A stretch of DNA of 64,000 nucleotides from Chloroflexota bacterium. GTDB lineage: Bacteria; Chloroflexota; Anaerolineae; JACRMK01. Positions 57,603 to 64,000 of the stretch are shown here, one piece after another; position 1 is the first letter of the stretch; every line of letters begins with the position of its first letter. Location of the stretch: the NCBI GenBank assembly GCA_016235055.1, contig JACRMK010000066.1:3728-67727 (forward strand), in the 5' to 3' direction. The notes beneath the pieces are model-generated. The model was not told where the DNA came from. It made no database searches and saw nothing but the letters and a program-made list of their open reading frames with translations. The translations under genes and the position numbers were made by a program.

Positions 57603-58532
57603 ATGCCGCGTGACACCTATTCGCAGCCGCATCTGCCGGATCCGGTGCTGGAGCCAGCCGTGGTGCTGGAACTGGCGCGCTGGTTTGAGCCGCACGTGGA
57701 GGCGGTGACCGCTGTGGACGAGACCGGCGGCGAGGCGCGCACCTACCTGATCGACGACCGGTTGGTGTTCAAGACGCAGCGGCCGCACCGCCTGCGCCCG
57801 CGCACCAGCCTGGCGAAAGAGGTCTTCTTCCTTCAACACATCGCGCAGCACGCGCCCGATCTGCCGGTGCCGCGCGCGCTTGGATACGGGCACGCCGAGG
57901 CGCACATCGAGTACAGCCTGCTGACACGCATGCCGGGCGCGGCGCTGCTGCGCACTACGCTCTCTCTCGCGCAGCGGGTGGAGGTGGCGCGTGCGCTCGG
58001 TCGCACGCTGCGGCGTGTGCACCAGTTGCCGCAGTTGCCGCTGGCCGAGAGCGGCTTGTTGCCCGTCGACCGCGATGCGGTCGACGTGCGCGCCCGCTTT
58101 CGCGAGTTGCTCGAGGAAAGCGCCGCGCGCATCGAATTGGAGGGCAAACCGTGGACGCTGCCGCTCGCACCGCGCGCCGTCGCGGGGCGGGCGCTGGCCG
58201 CGCTGCCCGAAGAGCTTGAGCGCGCAGCGCTACACTCCAACCCGTGGCACGAGCACACGTTCGTCAATCCGGACAGCGGTACGTACATCGGCCTGATCGA
58301 CTTCGGTGACGCGTACATCAGTCATCCGTCGTTCGATCTGCGCCGCTGGCGCTCGACGGAGGAGCGCGCTGCGCTGATCAGCGGCTACACGGAAACCGGA
58401 CCCGTCAGCGCGGACTTCCGGCAGGCATGGCGCGTCGCCCAGATCGCCGGCAGTCTCGCCGCGATCGCCAACGCGCCCGACCTCGCGCCCGCTGCGCTGG
58501 CGGAGTTGCCGCGCTTGCTGTCCAGCTTGTAG
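57603..58532 (+). CDS. phosphotransferase-family kinase (APH/choline kinase fold)
   Basis: LHSNPWHEHTFV (HxDxxxxN-like catalytic loop) and IDFGDAYISHPSFDL (DFG-like). An AAGGGGGAG RBS is present. Confidence 0.7.
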   Translation: MPRDTYSQPHLPDPVLEPAVVLELARWFEPHVEAVTAVDETGGEARTYLIDDRLVFKTQRPHRLRPRTSLAKEVFFLQHIAQHAPDLPVPRALGYGHAEAHIEYSLLTRMPGAALLRTTLSLAQRVEVARALGRTLRRVHQLPQLPLAESGLLPVDRDAVDVRARFRELLEESAARIELEGKPWTLPLAPRAVAGRALAALPEELERAALHSNPWHEHTFVNPDSGTYIGLIDFGDAYISHPSFDLRRWRSTEERAALISGYTETGPVSADFRQAWRVAQIAGSLAAIANAPDLAPAALAELPRLLSSL

Positions 58533-58579
58533 GGGCGACCCTCGCGGTCGCCCGATTCGGGCGCGGGCAAGCCGCGCCC

Positions 58580-59299
58580 CTACGATATGCTCGCCCTCCG
58601 CCGCATGACGATCAGCGCCCCCAACGCCGCCGCCAGCCACACGACCTGCATCGCGCGCACGCCGTCGGCGACGAGCCAACTGTCGCCGCGAAACGCTTCG
58701 ATGAAGACGCGCCCGATGCCGTAGAGCGCAACAGCGGCGAGGAACGTGGAGCCGTCTGACGCGCCCCGCATGCGCAACACGACCGCCAACGCGGCGAGCG
58801 CAACGAGCAACTCATACACCTGGCTCGGGTGGCGGTGCGAATCCCACAGCACAATTGCCCACGGCAGGTCGGTCGCCGCGCCGTAGGCGTCGCCGCTAGC
58901 CAACGCGCCGACGCTCGCCAACGCAAACGCGGCCAGCAGGCCCGGCGCGTATGCGTCGAAGAACGGCGCCAGCGGCGCCCGCTTCCAGCGCAGGTAGATG
59001 GCCGCGCCGATCAGCCCGACGATCAGCCCCTCACCGAACGCGATCGTGCTGATGCTTGTCGCAAACAGTCCGAGCGGGTTCATCTGGTACGCCGCCCAGT
59101 TCGTGACGGCGTAATAGAGCCGCCCGCCGATCACCGCGCCGAGCGCCGCGATCAACCCGGCGTTCCAGGCGTGCTCGCTCGGCTGGCCGTAACGCGGCAT
59201 GCGCCGCTCGGCCCAGCCGACCGCGATGTACCACGCAATCAGCATCAACAGCGGCCGCACCGGCAGCGCGGCCGGGCCAATCTGGATGGTGGGCAGCAT
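58580..59299 (-). CDS. lgt: prolipoprotein diacylglyceryl transferase
   Basis: N-terminal MLPTIQIGP…, the Lgt signature region G…IGGRLYY, and seven TM segments. Confidence 0.85.
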   Translation of the reverse strand: MLPTIQIGPAALPVRPLLMLIAWYIAVGWAERRMPRYGQPSEHAWNAGLIAALGAVIGGRLYYAVTNWAAYQMNPLGLFATSISTIAFGEGLIVGLIGAAIYLRWKRAPLAPFFDAYAPGLLAAFALASVGALASGDAYGAATDLPWAIVLWDSHRHPSQVYELLVALAALAVVLRMRGASDGSTFLAAVALYGIGRVFIEAFRGDSWLVADGVRAMQVVWLAAALGALIVMRRRASIS

Positions 59300-59303
59300 A
59301 GCG

Positions 59304-59852
59304 TTACTCCCGCAGCAGCGCGTCGATCTTGCTAGCCAGCAGGGCCGGGTCCATCGGCCCGCCGAAGACGACGTCGCGGATGACGCCCTGCCGGTTGATG
59401 AAATAGGTCGTCGGCAGGCCGAGCACGCGGTAGCGCTGGCTCCAGTCGCCGGTCGGGTCGAGTGCGACGGGGAACGTCAGTTGATACTGCGCCAGGAACG
59501 GCGCGATCGTGCCCGGGTCTTCCATCTGATTGACGCCGACCAGCGCCAACCCGTCACCCTTGCGGCGTTCATACACACTCTGCATCGCCGGCATTTCGGC
59601 GCGGCACGGCGCGCACCAGGTCGCCCAGAAGTTCAGCACCACCACCTGCCCGCGCAGCGCCTGCAGGTCGAACACCTCGCCGCTCAACAGCGTCGTGTGC
59701 AGGCGCGGCGCGAGGAACCCGGCGCGCGGCGACTCGCGCGGGTCGTTCCCCGCCGCCGCGCCCGCATCCGGCACGCGCGACACGGCAATCCACACGACGC
59801 CCAGCACGGCGACGACCAGAATCAACACAGGACCAATACGCTGCGATGTCAT
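59304..59852 (-). CDS. TlpA/ResA-like thiol-disulfide oxidoreductase (thioredoxin fold, membrane-anchored)
   Basis: NFWATWCAPCRAEMP carries the CxxC motif, with an N-terminal TM anchor. Confidence 0.8.
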   Translation of the reverse strand: MTSQRIGPVLILVVAVLGVVWIAVSRVPDAGAAAGNDPRESPRAGFLAPRLHTTLLSGEVFDLQALRGQVVVLNFWATWCAPCRAEMPAMQSVYERRKGDGLALVGVNQMEDPGTIAPFLAQYQLTFPVALDPTGDWSQRYRVLGLPTTYFINRQGVIRDVVFGGPMDPALLASKIDALLRE

Positions 59853-59867
59853 GAAAAACCTTCTTAT

Positions 59868-59937
59868 CCGCGAATAACGCGAATGAACGCGAATAGAAAC
59901 AGCGCGTTGTAGTCGTGAAGATTCGCGTTATTCGCGG
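59868..59937. repeat. GCGAATA-unit palindromic hairpin (family member)
   Basis: CCGCGAATAACGCGAATGAACGCGAATAG … ATTCGCGTTATTCGCGG. Confidence 0.55.
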
Positions 59938-59942
59938 ATGGT

Positions 59943-62576
59943 TCATTTCCACGTAAACGTCCGCGTCGCGCTCATCGGGCTGGCGATGCGGCCCTCGCGT
60001 GAACCATTGGGGTTCACGCGTGTCTGCTGGAGGATCGTCACGTCCCACTCGACCTGCGAGCCTTTCCACGCGGGCGACAGGCGGTACGATGGCGCTTTGA
60101 GCCAGACGTTTTCGCTGCGCGCACCGTCGCTGGAGCGCACCCGCAGGACGTAATACTGGTCATCGGCCAGCACGCCGACCGCCGTCCAGTTCATCACAAT
60201 CGCCTCGGTGCTCGTCAGCACCGCACTGTTGGCGGGGTACAACAGCACGGGCGCGGCAAACGGCAGTCCCGCCGTCGGCGTCGCGGTTGGCAGCGGCGTC
60301 TGCGTGATGGTCGGTGTCGGCGTCGGCCCGGGGATGATCAACTGCTGGCCGACGCGCAATAGCGTGTCGCTCATGCCGTTGGCGCGCATGATCTCGTCGA
60401 CCGGGATGCCGTACTTGACGGCGATCGCGCTCAACACGTCGCCCGGCTTGACGACGTAGATGATCGGCGTCGGCCCCGGCGTCGGGCTCGGCAGGCGCGG
60501 GTCAAGCGTCGGCGGTAATGTGGCGGTCGGCGTCGGCGTCGGCAGCGGGATCGTCAAGACCTGCCCGACGCGCACGAAGCGCGGATCGGTGATGCCGTTC
60601 GCCTGCATGATCGCCTCAGCCGTCGTGCCGAACTTGAGGGCAATCGCGCCGAGCGTATCGTTCGGCTGGACGGTGTACTGTGTCGTCGCGGGGCGGGCGG
60701 TCGCGGTGGCGGTCGCGGTCGGCGCCGGCGTGCTGGTCGCGGTCGGTGTGGGCGGCGCGGGCGCGTCGGTGGCGGTCGCCGGCGGCGCGCTCGTGACGGC
60801 CACGGTCGCCGTGGGCGTCGGATCGGAACCGCAGGCCGCGAGCATGGCGATCAGCACCAGCAGCGCGGCGGGCAGCGCGCCGCGCCGCGCCTTGCGCCAC
60901 CAACCGAAGCCGATCCACGCCAGCATGCCCAGCAGGCTCACAACCGTCGTTCCTTTCGCCACGGCGCGCACCAACGTGTGCTCAAAGCGCAGTTCGACCG
61001 TGTGATCGCCGGGCGGCGCCGCCAGCGTGTTCAGCGCCTGCGGCCCGGCCGGCCAGAGCGCCGCCGGCTGCCCATCGACATACGCGCGCCATCCGGGAAA
61101 ATAATACACCCGAAACTGAATCACAGCCTCACCGGCAGCGCGCACGCGCAGGCGGTGCACCTCGCCGCCATAGTACAGCGGCTCGATCTGCGCGTCGCCG
61201 CTGACGACGACCGCGCGCGTCAACGGCGCGCCCGACTGGTACTCCTCGACCAGCGGCGAGCGCTGCGGCTGCTCGCTCGCCCACGTCATGTAGCCGGTGC
61301 GGTCGCGGTAGCTGACCAGTTCGAAATCCACCGAGGCGCGCGCGCTTTCACCGTCGAGCGAGCGCGCCGTGTACTGCGGCAGGGTATACGCCGCGCTCGC
61401 CAGCGCGATCACGATCATCAGCAGTGCGGCGTGCATGCCGTCGCGGCCGTCCGCCGCCATGAAGCCGTCCAGCGCCGCACCGGCCAGCCAGGCCAGCGTG
61501 ATCGCGCTCAGCGCCAGCAGCCGCCACGGGAACTGCACCAGCGACGCGATCGGCACGGCGAACCAGAAGCCAGCCGAGACCGGCGACATCGCGATGACTA
61601 CGAGCGCGCTCGCCGCCAGGAAGAAGCCAGTGCGCGCTCGCTGCCGGCCCGGCAGCACCAGCGCGACAATCGCCGCGCACACCGGCAGCAGGCCGAGTTG
61701 GAACGCCATGTCGTCGGCCAGCCCCTCGCCGCTATAGCCGTAGCCCCAGAACGGCGAGAAAAACTGGTTGAGGTAGACGAAGTGCTTCTGGTAGTTGTAC
61801 GCTACGCTCGTCCACTGCTCGACGACGATATAGCGCTGTTCCAGCAGCATCGGCAGCCAGAAGATCGCCGAGAGGCCGAGCGTCAGCACGGCCGCCGCCG
61901 CGCCGTGCCCGATCAGCGACAGCCAGCGAACGCCACCGGCCCGCAGGCGCACGACGAGCGCGAACACGATATACGAGGCCAGCAGCATCGCGAAGATGAA
62001 CGCCGCCCCGTGATGCGTCAGGATCAGCCCGGCGGTCACGAGCGCTGCGAGGATGGCGTTTCGGCGGCCCGGCGCTTCCACGAGCGCCTCCCAGCGCCAG
62101 AGCGCGAGCGGGAAGAAGACGAACGTCAGGTACTCGGCCGCCGCGGAGCGCACATACAGATCGAGCAGGTGATACGGCGCGTATGTGTAGACGAGCGCAG
62201 CAAACGCCGCGCCCCATCCGCCGAAGTGCCGTCGCGCCCAGCCATACATCGCCAGCGTCGCGCCGAGCGTCGCCACGAGGTCCACCAGCTTCATCGCGGT
62301 TGTGAGGCTCGCGCCGAGCAGATGAAACGCCTCGCCGAGAAAGTAGGTCAGCGGCGCGTAGAAGATCCAGAGTGGGTAGCCGTAGCCAAATGCGAAGTGC
62401 GGTCCCCACGCCGGCCACCAGTGCCCGTCGCGGATCACCGCATCGAACGCCTGCAGGAAGAAGAGCGAGTGCGGCGCATCGTGCGCGCGCATGAAATAGC
62501 CGGGCGTCGCCAGCGGCAGCCACGCGAACGCCGCCAGCGCCAGCATCAGCACGACCGGCGCGTCAGGCTTGCGCAT
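59943..62576 (-). CDS. large polytopic membrane protein (GT-C-like/PMT-YfhO-like N-terminal region) with two LysM domains and PT-rich linkers in the extracytoplasmic C-terminal part
   Basis: About 12 TM segments. LysM: YTVQPNDTLGAIALKFGTTAEAIMQANGI… and YVVKPGDVLSAIAVKYGIPVDEIMRANGM… The family assignment of the membrane domain is inferred only. Confidence 0.6.
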   Translation of the reverse strand: MRKPDAPVVLMLALAAFAWLPLATPGYFMRAHDAPHSLFFLQAFDAVIRDGHWWPAWGPHFAFGYGYPLWIFYAPLTYFLGEAFHLLGASLTTAMKLVDLVATLGATLAMYGWARRHFGGWGAAFAALVYTYAPYHLLDLYVRSAAAEYLTFVFFPLALWRWEALVEAPGRRNAILAALVTAGLILTHHGAAFIFAMLLASYIVFALVVRLRAGGVRWLSLIGHGAAAAVLTLGLSAIFWLPMLLEQRYIVVEQWTSVAYNYQKHFVYLNQFFSPFWGYGYSGEGLADDMAFQLGLLPVCAAIVALVLPGRQRARTGFFLAASALVVIAMSPVSAGFWFAVPIASLVQFPWRLLALSAITLAWLAGAALDGFMAADGRDGMHAALLMIVIALASAAYTLPQYTARSLDGESARASVDFELVSYRDRTGYMTWASEQPQRSPLVEEYQSGAPLTRAVVVSGDAQIEPLYYGGEVHRLRVRAAGEAVIQFRVYYFPGWRAYVDGQPAALWPAGPQALNTLAAPPGDHTVELRFEHTLVRAVAKGTTVVSLLGMLAWIGFGWWRKARRGALPAALLVLIAMLAACGSDPTPTATVAVTSAPPATATDAPAPPTPTATSTPAPTATATATARPATTQYTVQPNDTLGAIALKFGTTAEAIMQANGITDPRFVRVGQVLTIPLPTPTPTATLPPTLDPRLPSPTPGPTPIIYVVKPGDVLSAIAVKYGIPVDEIMRANGMSDTLLRVGQQLIIPGPTPTPTITQTPLPTATPTAGLPFAAPVLLYPANSAVLTSTEAIVMNWTAVGVLADDQYYVLRVRSSDGARSENVWLKAPSYRLSPAWKGSQVEWDVTILQQTRVNPNGSREGRIASPMSATRTFTWK

Positions 62577-64000
62577 GCGAACGCCCCTTGAGCGCGACCG
62601 CCGCGCGCCACAACGCCCACGCGCCCATACCCGTCAGGCTGATGACCGACAGCCACGCGCCGAGCGTGCGGGCCAGTGTGTCCTCAAAGCGCAGCAGCAG
62701 GAAATGCTCGCCGGCCGGCACCGGCACATTGATCAGCCCGAGCTTGCCGCGCGGCTCGACCGGCAGGCGGCGCACCGGCGCGCCACCGGGCGCGTCGAGC
62801 AGGTAGGCGTGCCAGCCGGGGTACATGAAGCGCGTGAACGGCACCACGGAGTCTTTGTCGGCGCGGAACCAGAGCAGGTCGCTGACCGAGTCGTGCGCGC
62901 GCGAGTCCACCACGACCTCGGGCGGCAGCGCGCCGTAGTCCACCTGCGTCGTCGGCGCGTCGTTCGTCAGGTAGACGTCGCCCAGCGGACCCCACGTCGG
63001 GATCGTCTCCACCCACGCCGTCGAGCCGGTCAGTTCGCCGGCGTTGCGCTGGAACGTCATCAGCCCCGCGAACGAGACCGGCCCTTCCTCCGGGTCCACG
63101 ATCTCGGCAGTGACGTACGGGTAACTGCTCAGCAGCACCAGCGCAGCCAGCGCCAGCACGGGCAGGCCGGGCACGCGGCTGCGGTCGAACGCCAGCGCCG
63201 CGCCGGCCAGCGGCGCCATCGTCAGCGCGGCCAGCGCGAGGAAACGCCATGGGAACTGCGCCCACGCCACCAGCGGCAGCCGGTCCCAGACCGTCACCGA
63301 CAGCGGCAGGGTCATCAGCACCAGTACAACCGTCGATACTTGGAAGAAGATCAGCGCCGGGCGCCACGGCGTACCCTTTCGCACGACGACGATCAGCGAA
63401 ACGAGCGCCAGCACGGTCGCCGCCGCACCAAGCTGGAACGACATCGTGTCGTCCGGGCCCGGCACGCTCAGCCCGAAGCCCCAGCGCGGCGAGAATAGCT
63501 GAAAGAAGTACACGAAATGGTTGTGGAAATCGTAGTAGTTCAGCCGCTCGCGCGTGCCGGTCGTGTACTGGTCGACCCGCACGAAGTTCAGTTCGAGCAG
63601 CGACGGCAGCATGAAGATCGCGCTGGTCGCGATGCCGAGCACGAGCGCCAGCAGCGGCGCGACGCTGCGGTGGATCAGGTGCGCGCCGAGCGGGATCAGC
63701 GAATAGCGCGTCAGTCGGTTCAGCGGCTGGTCGCGGTGCATGCGCGCCAGCGCCAGTACCGCCATGTACGGCGCGAGCAGCAGCGAGAACAGCAGCGCGA
63801 CGCCGCTGTGCGCCAGCATCAGGCCGCCGTACGCCAGCGCCGCCCCGAAGACCGCCGCGCCGCGCGGCCGCTCGATCGCCTCGGCGAACGCCCACAGGCA
63901 GAGCGGCAGGAAGACCAGCGCGACCGTCTCGGCCAGCGCAGCCCGCACGTACACGTCGACCAAGTGATACGGCGCGTACACGTAGACGAGCCCGGCGACG
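62563..64000 (-). CDS. paralogous large polytopic membrane protein, 5' end beyond the window
   Basis: It is alignable with 59943-62576 (…YAPYHLVDVYVRAALAE… versus …YAPYHLLDLYVRSAAAE…, and C-terminal …GEHFLLLRFEDTLART… versus …GDHTVELRFEHTLVRA…). The reading frame stays open to nt 64000. Confidence 0.55.
   Translation of the reverse strand, partial: VAGLVYVYAPYHLVDVYVRAALAETVALVFLPLCLWAFAEAIERPRGAAVFGAALAYGGLMLAHSGVALLFSLLLAPYMAVLALARMHRDQPLNRLTRYSLIPLGAHLIHRSVAPLLALVLGIATSAIFMLPSLLELNFVRVDQYTTGTRERLNYYDFHNHFVYFFQLFSPRWGFGLSVPGPDDTMSFQLGAAATVLALVSLIVVVRKGTPWRPALIFFQVSTVVLVLMTLPLSVTVWDRLPLVAWAQFPWRFLALAALTMAPLAGAALAFDRSRVPGLPVLALAALVLLSSYPYVTAEIVDPEEGPVSFAGLMTFQRNAGELTGSTAWVETIPTWGPLGDVYLTNDAPTTQVDYGALPPEVVVDSRAHDSVSDLLWFRADKDSVVPFTRFMYPGWHAYLLDAPGGAPVRRLPVEPRGKLGLINVPVPAGEHFLLLRFEDTLARTLGAWLSVISLTGMGAWALWRAAVALKGRSHAQA

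Overview
This is a high-GC (~68%) bacterial chromosomal segment. Gene content and repeat architecture are compatible with a Chloroflexota-like genome, but that is a low-confidence inference.

The 5' end holds the conserved cdsA-uppS-frr-pyrH-tsf-rpsB block on the minus strand, followed by a tRNA-Arg with a consensus sigma70 promoter. A carbohydrate-related stretch follows (GH1 beta-glucosidase, 7-bladed propeller lectin, SDR, GH2). Then a long minus-strand gene string carries two paralogous Ser/Thr kinases, an LLM oxidoreductase, RidA, an M20 peptidase and a GNAT.

The rest is accessory-like and rich in tandem paralogs: two amidohydrolases, two lipoproteins, two MFS transporters, a heterodimeric ABC exporter and two large LysM/GT-C-like membrane proteins. 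It is also rich in small addiction/defence-type modules: a MNT/HepT pair with a frameshifted toxin, HigB/HigA, an MNT/HEPN pair sitting inside an acyl-CoA carboxylase cluster, a DUF6883/DUF4926 pair, and a low-GC island with a GmrSD-like type IV restriction gene broken by an in-frame stop. A split carboxylase alpha subunit (BC and BCCP as separate overlapping ORFs), typA, arfB, a CDF transporter, lgt and a TlpA-like redoxin are also present.

The most distinctive sequence-level signals are two intergenic repeat families. (1) Long imperfect hairpins built from short tandem units (CACAAAG / CCCAAAT / GCGAATA types) recur at gene ends and show arm-to-arm compensatory variation between copies. (2) A dispersed GTCATCCTGAGCGCGAAGGC...CGCGCGAAGGAyC module family forms ~65-75-bp terminal inverted repeats around a small GIY-YIG nuclease gene (a ~510-bp mini-element with upstream partial duplications) and appears as solo or degenerate copies at four other loci.

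CDS boundaries are frame-consistent with the ORF track. Coordinates of non-coding features were read by eye and may be off by a few nt.
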